This document shows, in pieces, positions 34,401 through 47,045 of a stretch of 64,000 nucleotides of DNA. The DNA comes from Prorocentrum cordatum (lineage: Eukaryota): assembly GCA_963575745.1 (NCBI GenBank), contig CAUYUJ010000050.1, forward strand, positions 1 to 64,000, given 5' to 3'. Each line of letters begins with the position of its first letter. Position 1 is the first letter of the stretch. The translations under genes were made by a program, and so were the position numbers. Under the pieces are notes generated by a model. The model saw only the letters and a program-made list of their open reading frames with translations, searched no databases and had not been told where the DNA came from.

Positions 34401-37400
34401 CTTCCAATGCCCCCTGGCTTCCCGATGGGCGGCCTAGCACTCGGCCCCACAAGTGGTGGAGTCAGCTTCGCGCCGACCTGCTGGAGGCCGCCACCGTGGC
34501 GGACAGCGCCGGCCTCGAGCATGCTGCCGACGATCCGCGTCTGCTCTTCCTGGACGAGTACGTGAAGGATGCGTTCTGCAGGCTGGACATGGCCATCTTG
34601 ACAGCGCGGGAGTTGCACCATCGTGAGATTCCGCCCCCGCACGCCGCGGCGCCTCCGCTCGCCGAGGCTGCTGCGCCGGTTGCCCCAGGAGGCTGGCGCA
34701 CAGTGTACACCTGCACGATCGCCACGGACACCGGCGAGGAGTGCGGCCGCAGCTTCGAGACGGACCGGCAGTTGCGCGCCCACCAGACGGCTGCCAGAGG
34801 CGGTGGCCATGGGCGCACGCAGCTGGCGACAACGCTTGCCGTGGCCAATCGGTGTCCCCTATGCCTTGCGGTGCACAAGAGCCGGCATGTGACTCGTGCC
34901 CACGTGACGAAGAGTTTGCAAAGAGGTCGTTGTCTGAAGGAATGGGAAAAAGGCAGCCGCACCGAGACCGACACCACAACAAGTCCTCCGTACACGTGTG
35001 ATTTATGCGATGTCAGCTTCGACACGTGGCTCGCCTTTCACCATCACGCCTGGATGGCCCATTTGGGCGGCCTGGGTGATTTCTTGACCGATATGTGAAG
35101 GCGTCCTGGAGCGCGACGCGTCATTGGCCCGTTCATCTTTATATATATATATGGCTTAGGGCGGACATTGCAGCAGAGGTCAGAACAGGAGGGTTGCGAT
35201 AGTCGTCTTGACCCCTACGTGAATTACGACAGCATCCACATGATACGCTTCATGGCGCATTCGTATCTTCCACCTGCCTGGATTTGTTTTCTTCCAGCGC
35301 AGCCGTCTGGCCCGGCAGGTTGCCCTGGCACCTCGCACTGCTCCTCGGCGTTTCTGTCTGCCTGCCGCGCCGCCTTCCGAGCCATGGAGCAGTGGCGGCA
35401 GGCCCTTGGCGCAGCCGCTACCCCCGCCATCGAGCCCCCGGCCGGCAAGAAGGGGCGCCGCGGCCAGGAACGCTTGTATTGCGAGTTGATGAAGACAGCC
35501 GCCAAACTGAGCTTAAATAATGCCCAGGATGTGGCGCGCATCGCTGCCCTCGCGTACTTCTCCTACGACGTGCCCGAAGATGGAGAGATTGACAAGGCAG
35601 TCACCGGCGCAGCCCGCGCCCACAATGACAAGTACAAGGGGCAGTCCGGCCATCATGGCGGGTCGCCGGACGTCCACAGTTTCATTGCAATTTTGCTGGC
35701 GCTGCACGGCCACGGCGGCCCCGAGCACAAGGAAGAACATCGAGACCTTCATGGGGGGCTTCTCGCCGGAGAACCCCCACATTCAGCAAGTGGTCGGGCG
35801 TTGCGTGTGCCAGCAGGCCTTCAAGTCGGACCGCCGGAAGCTCTTCTTCAAGCTTCTCCGGGCCCCGGGGCTCACAGAAGCTGACAAGAACGTGCCCGAG
35901 GATACTGTCGACAAACTCTTGACCACGAATGGCGCTGTCCGCAAGCTCGGGCGCGCCCCCCGGGGCTCACTCGAGCGTCGGGCCCAGCAGCTGCTCGACC
36001 TGATCTCCCAGGGCAAGAGCGACGCCGACCTCGCCACCGTCGACGCCGGCAAGGGGGCCTTGACCGAGGAGTCGTGGTCATGTTGCTGCTCTCGTCGTCC
36101 TCCCCCTCCTCCTCCTCCTCCTCCTCCTCCTCCTCCTCCTCCTCCTCCTCCTCCTTTTTCCTCCTCCTCGGCCTCCGCGCGCCGTTGCGACAGGCCGCCG
36201 GGCGCCGTTGCGACAGAATTGCTGCAATTCCTGTCGCCGGGCGCCGTTCCATTTATTTTCCGTCGCAAGCTTCTGAGAGGGTGCAGCAGCTGCACCAGCA
36301 ACCTCCGGCAGGCAACGCCGAAATACACACGGAATGCGTATTCCGGGCATGGGCGCCGTCCGCGAGGGCTCGGCAGCCAGGGCCATCCAGTGTTGTTTTG
36401 TTCACGTGTATGTGGGGGCCCGCTTGGCTGTCTCGAGCCGCTCTCGTGGCTTCCGCTCTTGCCCCCCCCCCCCTCTTTGCCTCTCCTCTTCGCCTCCTCT
36501 CGTCGCCCCCTCTCTCTGGCAGGGGAAGAGGGTTAGCACTCGCGCTACGTGTCTCCTGAAGCGGAGACCTTTTCCGCCTGAGGTCCACTCCTTTTTCTGA
36601 GTCGTGCAGCAGTCGATGGATCTCGCCGAGCGGTTGCTGTCCTGTCCTGTGTCCTCCTCCTCCTCCTCCTCCTCCTCCTCCTCCTCCTCCCCCCTCCCTC
36701 CTCCTCCTCCTCCTCCTCCTCCTCCTCCCTCCTCTCTCCTCCTCCTCCCTCCTCCTCCCCCTCCTCCTCCCCCTCCTCCTCCCCCTCCTCCCCCTCCTCC
36801 CTCCCCCTCCTCCCCCCGCCCGCCGCAGGTGGACGCGGACCTGCTGTGCCTGCAGGCCGGGCCGACGGGACCTGCGCGCACACGCCGCCCCTGGCCGGGC
36901 CCACCCTTAGGGTCCGGGATCGGTGCGTACAGTCGGGGCGCTGAAGAAGGAATCCTTTTCGCTGGGGAGGGGCTCGGTGTTCCTTGATTGTTTCAAAGTT
37001 TGCCTCGGGTTTTCTTGGGGGGGTTCCGTAGGAGATCGCGGTTGAACTTATGGGAAAAGGGGCCTCGTTCCTTATTTAGGGTTCCTTAGGTCAACGCCTC
37101 GACTGTATGTATAGGGGGCCAGATGCGAACCCTACCCCTACCCTTTGTGGGCCCCGGAAACGGCAGGGCCGTTTTTTCACCGTTTCCCAAAAACTGCCCC
37201 TTGGAAATGGAAACGGCAAAAAAACGGCGACCGGAAACGGCAAAAAAACGGCTCCAGGTTTGGAACCGGAGCCGGGACCGGTCAAAAAACGGCGACGGAG
37301 CCGGTAAACAAACGGCGTCGGAATCGGCAACAAAAACGGCAAAACGGAAGCGGTAAAAAAACGGCCCTGTCGTTTCCAGGGCCCACTAAGCCCCTACCCC

Positions 37401-40400
37401 CCAAACGATTTCTGAGGGGGAGGGTGGGGTAGGGTTCGCATCTGGCTCCCTCAATGTACCCTGCAAGATCAGGGCTCGCTTCGATGCCTCCGATTCGATT
37501 CGATTCGGTGTCGACGGCCTCGATCCCGATCCGAGTCGATCTCGGGTTCCGATCCGGGCTCCGATGTCTCACCGGAGGCCTGCTGGCCTGCCGATTTCCG
37601 CCGATTCGACTGCTCCCGACTCGGCTGCCGATTTCCGCCGATCCGATTCATTTCGATCGCCGATCCGCCTTGTCGATTCGGTTCTGGGCTCTCCTGACAA
37701 GATCTGGGCGCAGCATGTTTTTGCACACCGGGCATTGTCGCCCGTGTCCGGAGCCCAGCAACTTCGCAGAGCGATCTAGCTCGAGAAACGCGATGCAGAG
37801 AGATTCGGTCCAGGGCATTTGTTTTTTATATAACAAACATATTTGAAAATTTCGTTGTCGAAGGATGTGGCATCTTTTTTTGCAACGCCAGATCTTAGGG
37901 TGCGCCGTCCTGGCTTGTCCAGGGAGGCATACAGTGGAGACCCATGCCAAGAAGTTTCCTGCTTGCCTCCAGGGTGCCCTGGGTTTCTTGGGTCTCGATG
38001 GTTTTGCGCTGGAAAGCGCGACGCTCCCACACCAGAAACCAATGGACGTCCTGGGGTCTCAGGGCCGGGTTTCTTGTGGAAGGTTTCTTGTGGATCTTGG
38101 CCTCCACTGTACACACCGATGCCGGGCCCGGGAGGGGCTGGCCAGGGCGGCGTATGCGTGTGTAGGTCGCGCCGCCCCGTGCAGGAGTGCCCGGTGCACT
38201 TCTTCCGGCACGGGCTCTCCCCGCTGCTGGAGGCGGGCTATCGGGGGCGGGTCGCTCCCGGCCAGGCTCGGGCATCGCAGGCGATGTTGCTATCCCAGCC
38301 CCCAATTTTGCGACGAAAAATGGGGCAGCCAAGGACGCGAGGGCAACCCTGGGATACACCCCCAGGAGGCTATGCGGACGCATCCCTATCGAGGATGGAC
38401 GCCCCCCCTCGTATATCCCAAGGTTGGGCTCCAGATTTCAGGTCCCTTCGAAAACCCCACGGGGCCTGGGATCCGGGTAGACCTACTTCCTGTTGGTACA
38501 TGCCAGTGCCAAGTGCGCGTCGCTTCCGCAGGGGCGACGCGCGCTCTGAAGCATCTTGCGGTAGAAGCGCCGTGGCGGGCACGGGGCAGTCAGCGGCAGG
38601 CCGCACTTCGGGCACTTCCCGGCCCAACTGGGCAGACAGCGATGTGGCGCAAATTCCCCCAAACGGTGCTTGCACTTATGGGGGTTCGTACTGGGCTTTC
38701 CTCAGGAGCTGGACGAGCACGTTGGGTTCTCGCCAACTTGCTGGCATGTGCCGCGACGTGGGCGTCTTTGGGAGCCCTCCGGGGCCGTCTTGAGAGCCTC
38801 CTGGGCCCTCTTGGGCCGTCTTGGGGGCGATCTTGGGGGCCTCTCGGGTCGTTCTGGAGCGTCGGAAGCCCGAAGAGGCGAGATCGGTAATATCATTCAA
38901 GCACCCATGGGAACTCAATGGTTTGGATCTCTTGGGGCCCTCTTGGGGGTCATCTTCGAGCCCTCTCGATGCGTCTTGGGGGGATACTTGGCAGTCTTGA
39001 TGCCATCTTGGGCCGTCTCGGGGCGCTCTTGGGCCGTCTCGAAGCCTCTAGGACCTTCCTGGGGCCATCTTAGGACCCTCTTGGCCCGTCTGGGGGCCCT
39101 CTAGCTTCAGGAAAAGTCATGTGACAAGCCCGGGTAATCACGCTCGATGCCTCGTGAGGTGGGGTCGAGGCCCTTTTCAAGAGTACAAGCGCATGACAAT
39201 ACGATTCAGGGAGCTCCAAGCGACCTGAGGACACTCCAACTGCTGCCTCGGAACACCATGGCGGATATCAACATCTAAATCAACATTTAAATACATGGGC
39301 GCGCGCGGACGAATGGTCGAGCAGGCAGTCCGCAGAGATCGGCGATGTGGCAATCGCGTGCGAGGAGGAGAAGGAGGAGGAGGAGGAGGAGGAGGAGGAG
39401 GAGGAGGGAGAGGGGGAGGAGGAGGAGGAGAGGAGGAGGAGGAGGCGGAGGAGGAGGGAGGAGGAGGAGGGAGGAGGAGGAGGAGGAGGAGGAGGAGGAG
39501 GAGGAGGAGGAGGAGGCAGGAGGAGGAGGATGGAGGGGAGGAGGAGGAGGAGGAGAGAGGAGGAGGAGGAGGGGAGGAGGAGGAGGAGGAGGAGGAGGAG
39601 AGGAGTAGAGGAGGAGGAGAGAGGAGGAGGAGGAGGAGGAGGAGGAAGGAGGAGGAGGAGAGGAGGAGGAGGAGGAGGAGGAGGAGGAGGAGGAGGAGGA
39701 GGAGGAGGAGGAGGAGGAGGAGGAGGAGGAGGAGGAGGAGGAGGAGGAGGAGGAGGAGGAGGAGGAGAGAGGATGGAGGAGGAGGAGGAGGCGGAGGATG
39801 AGGAGGAGGAGGAGGAGGAGGAGGAGGAGGAGGAGGAGGAGGAGGAGGAGGAGGAGGAGGAGGAGGAGGGGGAGGAGGAGGAGGAGGAGGAGGAGGAGGA
39901 GGAGGAGGAGGAGGAGGAGGAAGGGGGAACAGGAGACGGCCGGCAGCCAATCGGTTGCACACGCGCTTGCTCTCCTCGGTCGCGCCCGTGGCCCCGTCGG
40001 CATGCCGCCCGGGCCAGTGGCACGCCGAGGGGCGGGGGCGGGGCGCGCGGCGTGTGATCTGCGCGCCACGCCGGCTCCCCGCGGAGACCGTGGCGCTCAC
40101 CGTTCTGCGCGAACGGGATTGGCACGGAAAGAAGGGGTACTCCTCCTCCGCCTCCTCCTCCTCCTCCGCCTCCTCCTCCTCCTCTTCCCCATCCTCCTCC
40201 TCCACGGCATCGTCGCACGGAACGAATGGGCATGGAAACAATGGGTACAATGCCCAACAGCAGTTCCTGTTCATCTTGAACAGGACTCGCTGTCCACGCC
40301 GCCGCGGCCTGTGTCCACTCGAGACAGGAGGCCGCCTGCCAAACAGCGGCCGCTGCTGGTTTGAGACAACATTTGCTGTTGGGCATTGTGCCCATTTTTT

Positions 40401-43400
40401 CCGTACCCGTTTCGGGCGTCCAAAACCGTGGCACGTCAGAGGCGACGATGGGGGCGAATAGCCCAGGGGGAAGCGATACCTGCATCCAGGGGCACCGATG
40501 ATCTATGTCTTTGGCGAGGCTCCCCGGCGAATACGTGTAATCGGAAGCTGGAACATATACATTACCAGTGGCGGGCTCTCTTTCAAGCCCAGGGCTTTTT
40601 GAGGGTCGGGGACAACGTCGGGGTGGTGTGGTGTATCCTTTTCCTTTATTTTCTTCGGGAAACAACGAACAATGTATACACCAGGACCCCGTATACACCA
40701 AGATCCGCGTCCTGTGCGAATTTCAGTGCAGGGCCGGAAAAAGCGTCGGTGTAGAGAGTTCGGTTCCCTATGTAATGCCCGCCCCTGGGCGATTCGCTCT
40801 TATCGTCGCCCCCGAGCACGGGAGCTCACCGCCAGGCTTGCGTCGGGCGTGTCCCTCTACAGGAGGAGTATTCAAAAATAGCAGAAAAAATAGTCTGGGC
40901 ACGATTTTTTGATTATTTCTGATTATTTTGGAATCTGTTTTTACCTAACAGCGAATACTGATAGGTTTCTAATAGGGTCAAAGAGCATCATGACTCCCCA
41001 GGGGGGTCTGGGCGGCATCCGGACAGGGATCCGCGGAAGTCGTTTCAAGCAAACGGTTACACACTTCGTGGTCTTCGAGGTCCCAGAACTCCATTCCCGG
41101 GACACATTTCTCAATGCCCGGAGCCAACTGTAGGCCACTTCGTGGTCTTCGAGTTCCCAGAACTCCATTCCTGGGCATGATTTGAATGCCCGGAGCCAAC
41201 TGTAGGCCACTTCGTGTTCTTCGAGTTTCCCAGAACTCCATTCCTGGGCATGATTTTGATGCCCGGAGCCAACTGTAGGCCACTTCGTGCTCTTCAAGTT
41301 CCCAGAACTCCATTCCTGGCATGATTTTGAATGCCCGGAGCCAACTGTAGGCCACTTCGTGTTCTTCTAGTTCCCAGAACTCCACTCCTGGGCCACATTT
41401 TGAATGCTGAGGCAGGCTGATGCTGCGGCCGAGGCAGGCTGAGGCTGAGGCAGGCTGAGGCTGAGGCCGAGGCTGAAGGCAGACTGAGGCTGAGGCTGAA
41501 GCAGGCTGAGGCTGAGGCTGAGGCTGAGGGAGGCTGAGGCTGAGGCAGGCTGAGGCTGAGGCTGAGGCAGGCTGAGGCTGAGGCTTCTGAGGACAGGCTG
41601 AGGCTAGAGGCAGGCTGAGGCTGAGGCCGGAGGCGGAGGCGGAATGCAGACTGCTGGCCGAGGCTGAAGCAGGCGAGGCTTTTTGAGGCTGAGCAGAGGC
41701 AGCTTGAGGCTGAGGCTGAGGCAGTGATGCTCAGGCAGGTGAGGCTGAGGCTGGGCTGATGCAGGGAGGCTGAGGCAGGCTGAGGGAGGCCGAGGTCTGA
41801 ATGCAGATGAGGCTGAAGCAGGCTGAGCTGAGGCTAGGCAGCTGAGGTGAGGCTGAGGGAGGCTGTATGCTGAGGCAGGCTGAGCTGAGGCTGAGGCTGA
41901 ATGCAGGCTGAGGCCTGAAGGCAGACTGAGCGCTGAGCTAGGCTGAAGGCAGACTGAGGCTGAGGCGAAGCAGGCTGAGGCGAGCAGAGGACAGGCTGAG
42001 GCTGAGGCCGTGGCAGGCTGATGCTGAGGCAAGCTGAGGCGGAGGCTGAGGCTGATGCAGGCTGAGGCTAAGGCTCATGCAGGCTGAGGCTGCGGCAGGC
42101 TGAGGCTGAGGCTGAGGCTGAAGGCAGACTGGGGCTGAGGCTGAAGCAGGCTGAGGCTGAGGCTGAGGCAGGCTGAGGCTGAGGCTGAGGCAGGCTGATG
42201 CTGAGGCAGGCTGAGGCTGAGGCTGAGGCTCATGCAGGCTGAGGCTGAGGCAGGCGGAGGCTGAGTCCGAGGCTGAAGGCAAACTGATGCTGAGGCTGAA
42301 GCAGCTGAGGCTGAGGCTGAGGCAGGCTGAGGCTGAGGCTGAAGCAGGCTGATGCTGAGGCAGGCTGAGGCTGGGGCTGAGGCTGATGCAGGCTGAGGCT
42401 GAGGCAGGCTGAGGCTGAGGCCGAGGCTGAAGGCAGACTGAGGCTGAGGCTGAAGCAGGCTGAGGCTGAGGCTGAGGCAGGCAGAGGCTGAGGCTGAGGC
42501 AGGCTGATGCTGAGGCAGGCTGAGGCTGAGGCTGAGGCTGATGCAGGCTGAGGCTGAGGCAGGCTGAGGCTGAGGCCGAGGCTGAAGGCAGACTGAGGCT
42601 GAGGCTGAAGCAGGCTGAGGCTGAGGCTGAGGCAGGCTGAGGCTGAGGCTGAGGCAGGCTGATGCTGATGGCAGGCTGAGGCTGAGGCTGAGGCTGATGC
42701 AGGCTGAGGCTGAGGCAGCAGGCTGAGGCTGAGGCCGAGGCTGAAGGCAGACTGAGGCTGAGGCAGGCTGAGGCTGAGGCTGAGGCAGGCTGAGGCTGAG
42801 GCAGGCTGAGGCTGAGGCTGAGGCAGGCTGAGGCTGAGGCAGGCTGAGGCTGAGGCTGAGGCTGAGGCAGGGTGAGGCTGAGGCAGGCTGAGGCTGAGGC
42901 CGAGGCTGAAGGCAGACTGAGGCTGAGGCTGAAGCAGGCTGAGGCTGAGGCTGAGGCAGGCTGAGGCTGAGGCTGAGGCAGGCTGAGGCTGAGGCAGGCT
43001 GAGGCTGAGGCTGTGACTGCGACTGCCGTTGCCACTGCGACTGTCATCGCGAATGCGACTACGACTGCGAGAACAGCAGAATTCTACAACTGGATTCTCA
43101 TCTGAATCTGAAGGGGAATGCTTCCAGATATGCTCCTACACATCGCTGTTAGGTTGCTTTGTCGGGATAATGCCTTTTTATTACGTTTCGTCCAAAATCG
43201 GCCTGTAGGGGGACATGCCCGACCTAAGGCCAAGGCCAGGCGGCGCGGGCATCTCTTTGGCTCCTCCGAGGCCGTCTTGAAGACGCCTTGTGCAGCTCGA
43301 AGAAGCAAAAGCGGCATGCGCAGAGTGCATCGGAGGTCCACGCGGATTTCCTGGATCGGCGTTCGACCCCCCTCCCGGCGGCGCCTCCGGCGCCGCCCCT

Positions 43401-46400
43401 GGAGCGCTCCGCGCGCCAGGGAGGGGTGTCCAGCGCCGATCCAGGAAATCCGCGAGGAATCAGAGAAACCATGCTTACAGAAGGTTCGCGCCGTGTCGAC
43501 CAGCGGCGACCCCGCCATCGACGTGCAACGTCGAACGCCGCCGGCGACCCAGAATCGGCCCATCGTTGAAAAACCCGCCGTTTCTGAGAAGGCCGATCGT
43601 CCAAGCTTGAACGATCCCCGCGGTGTCAGGAACCAGCGCCGGGGTCGACACGGCGCGAACCTGCTGTGCAGCGGGGGGCCATGGCGAGAAACACCCTGCG
43701 CCTCGTCAGGGTTCCCTGGGTCTCTTTGGCTGGCGCTCGGCGCGAAAGAAGCCGCTCGGGCCAGCGGGCCCGAGCGGCTTCTGCGTTGGCCGCCGGAGTG
43801 CGAGAAGCCCAAGCCCGGAGCAAGAAGCCTCGGCGGCTTTCAGGGTTGGTTCTCTTGCGGGGGGGTTCTGGTGCATCGGCTCCCCCCTGTGCGCCCGTTC
43901 GGCTCCTCTGGCAGAGGGGGCCTCCTGGAGTCGAGCAGTGGCGGGGCGCCCCGGCTCGCCTGTAGCCCCACCAAACAATGTGTTCTAAGAGCCTTTGGTG
44001 GTCTGCACGGAAGGTTCTTAGAACATTGCTGGTTGAGACTGTCTTTGTTTGACACATCGGGCTCATGTTCTAAGCACATTCTTTTGTTCTTAGAAGATTC
44101 GTTGATTCTAAGAACATCTCGTGCTAGGACTATAGGAATGCCGGGACGGTCGGTCCTTGCTCAATGGAGGGGAGTCCTTCCGCGAGGGGGCGCGGGCAGC
44201 GGAGAGCAGCGCCGCGAGGCGGGGCGAGGCGGAGGGAAGGCGGGCGGGAGGGGCGGGGGCGGCCGAGGTGTGGGGCGCCGGCGCGGCGAGCCAGGGCGGA
44301 GTGCGGGAGAGGGCCGGGGGGGTTCAGTTAGGCGGGGGGGGGAGGAGGAGAGGAGAGGAGGAGGGAGGAGGAGGAGGAGGAGGAGGAGGAGGAGGACGAC
44401 GAGAGAGGAGGAGGAGGAGGAGGAGGAGGAGGAGGAGGAGGAGGAGGGGAGGAGGGAGGAGGAGGAGGAGGAGGACGAGGAGGAGGGAGGAGGAGGGGAG
44501 GAGGGGAGGAGGGAGGGGAGGAGGAGGAGGAGGAGGAGGAGGGGAAGGGAGGAGGAGGGAGGGAGGAGGAGGAGAGGAGGAGGAGGAGGAGGAGGAGGAG
44601 GAGGAGCGGGATCAGGGGCAACGTTGCCCTAACTACAGATCCGCCGCGTTTGGGCCGATTTTGCAAGGAGGGCGGGAATGTCCGCCCCACTGTTGCAAGC
44701 TCCGTTGAGGCCGATGTCCGCTCTACTTGCCGTCGCGCTGTTTCCGCCGAATTTCTAGAGGAAGTATCCGCCCCACCTTGTCTGAGGCGGAAATTTCCGC
44801 CTTACTTTCTTGCATCGTTTGGGGCGCATTTCCGTCACAGTTGAAGGAGGGAGGCTCAGCCAATGTACGGCGGATGCGAAGTCAGGGGAGGAACATGAGG
44901 AGGACCAGGGGCACCCGCTAGGGTCGGATCTGCTGCTCCAGGGGGAGAGTGCATCGACCGCCGGTCGCCCATTCATCGCCGACAGGGGCCCAGTAGCCCA
45001 TCCCGCCCAGGACCGTGGTGGTGCGCCATCGAGAGCCTGTCGGCGATTTATCGCCGATCCCTAGTCGATGCTTCCCTCCTGAGCAATGTTCCCCGCCAGA
45101 GGCGGGGGAAGATAAGGAGGAAGTCGAAACACAATAATCACTAGAAACGTACTCTTTCGGAGCTCCTCGCGGAAGTTTTGGATCGGCGCTGGGCTCCAAC
45201 TGGCAGCGCCTCTGGCGCCGCCCCTGGCGCTCTTCGCGCGCCAGGGAGGGGGCTCCAGCGCCGATCCAGGAAATCCGCGCGGAGCTCTGAAAGTTTAGGT
45301 TTGTGTTGCTTTTTGTTGCTCTAGGAAGTGGATGGGAAGGGGGGCCGACGAGCTTGACGATCCCAGGAGGACTTCCTCCTAGCGTACAGGCAGAAGGTCG
45401 CCAACGCCTGCCAGGCGCACCGCAGCCTACCTGCCTCCCATAAGAACGACGAGGAGAAGTAGGAGAGGGAGGAGTGGGAGGAGGGGATGAGGGGGAGAAA
45501 GACGAAGACGAGGAGGAGGAGGAGGACCAGCGGCAACCCAAGGAAACAACCCTCCCGCCAAGCTCCCTCTTCATAGGCCCCATACAGCGGTTTATTTCCA
45601 TTGAAGGAACTGCCTCGTTGGAAGGTAACCGTTTGAAGAATCTGAAGCATGCCAAAACATTGTTCTCGGGATTTCAACGCCACGGATCAACCTGACCGCT
45701 GCGCCTTGACGATCCGGAATCGTGCCAGACCGCCGTCGTTAGGACTCCAACACCGCGAATCAACATAATTGTCACACCCGCATAATCCTGAATCCTTCCA
45801 AGACCATTTCTGGTACGTTGACCATGGGAATCCGTGAAACTCCTCAATTTGTTTGAACGAATGTACGCGGCGCTAAGGCGAGAGCCACATTTTGAAAAGA
45901 AACCGCCCTCAATCCGTGAAGCTCTTGCAACTTTGTACAACGAATGTACGCGGTGCAAAGGCGAGAGCCACATTTTCTAAACCACCCGCCCTCATTCCGT
46001 GAAGCTCTTGCACATGTTAAAAACGAATGTGCGCGGCGCTATGGCGAGAGCCACATTTTGAAAAGGAGCCGCCCTCAATCCGTGAAGCTCTTGCACATGT
46101 TAAAAACGAAATGGCGCGGCGCTATGGCGAGAGCCACATTTTGAAAAGGAACCGCTCTCAATCCGTGAAGCTCTTGCAAATTTGTAAACCGAATGTGCGC
46201 GGCGCTATGGCGAGAGCCACATTTTTTAAGCCACCCGCCCTCCATTCGTGAAGCTCTTGTATTAAAACGAATGTGCGCGGCGCTGAGACGAGAGCCACAT
46301 TTTGAAAGCGGCCCGCCCTCCATCTGCGAATCTGTTGCCATTTTTTAAGCTTCAGAAACATAAATGGTGAGGAAGTCTCTGGCGCGACAGGAAGAATTTT

Positions 46401-47005
46401 TTTATCACCCTGCGGGTGATAAGGAGGTTGTGGGAGGGTGGGGGGAGGGGGGCGGCTCATGACGACAACTGTGTTGAACGTGGTGATGATGGGCGATGAT
46501 GGTGCGGATGACGTGGCGGATTTTTTTTGTTCCTTCGCCTGGGTGATCGTATAGGTATCTCACTATCGATCTCACTATCGATCTCACTATCGATCTCACA
46601 TTCGGTCTCACTATCGATCTCAATCGATATCACAATCGATCTCACAATCGATCTCACATTCGGTCTCACTATCGATCTCACTATCGATCTCACTATCGTT
46701 CTCACTATCGATCTCACGATCGGTCTCACAGTCGATCTCACGACAGGACACCGACGGGACACCGACGGGACACCGACGGGACAACGGCGAGCCACCGACG
46801 GGACAATGCGGGCCCCCGCTTGACAACACAAGGGTGGGGGGGGGGGAAACATTTGTGTTGGCGGACCCCTAGCGACAGCATAATGAATTCCTCTCGCCCG
46901 CCCACGCAGCTTCGCCTCGCCCGCACGCACGGCACGAGCACGAACTCGAAACTCGATTTCCCGGTGGGGGGACTCCGTTACACTGCGATCTCACCCCCCA
47001 ACCTC

Positions 47006-47045
<40 letters not shown>

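Noticed and set aside
39280..40701. Long ORFs through GGA/CCT tracts (also 8320-9800, 16255-17304, 43118-44632 and others)
   Set aside because: Open only because trinucleotide tracts lack stops; poly-E/P/S/L in all frames
41060..41405. CRISPR-like regular repeats (also 45830-46320 and 23486-23857)
   Set aside because: Whole units repeat with no unique spacers; eukaryotic context; no cas genes
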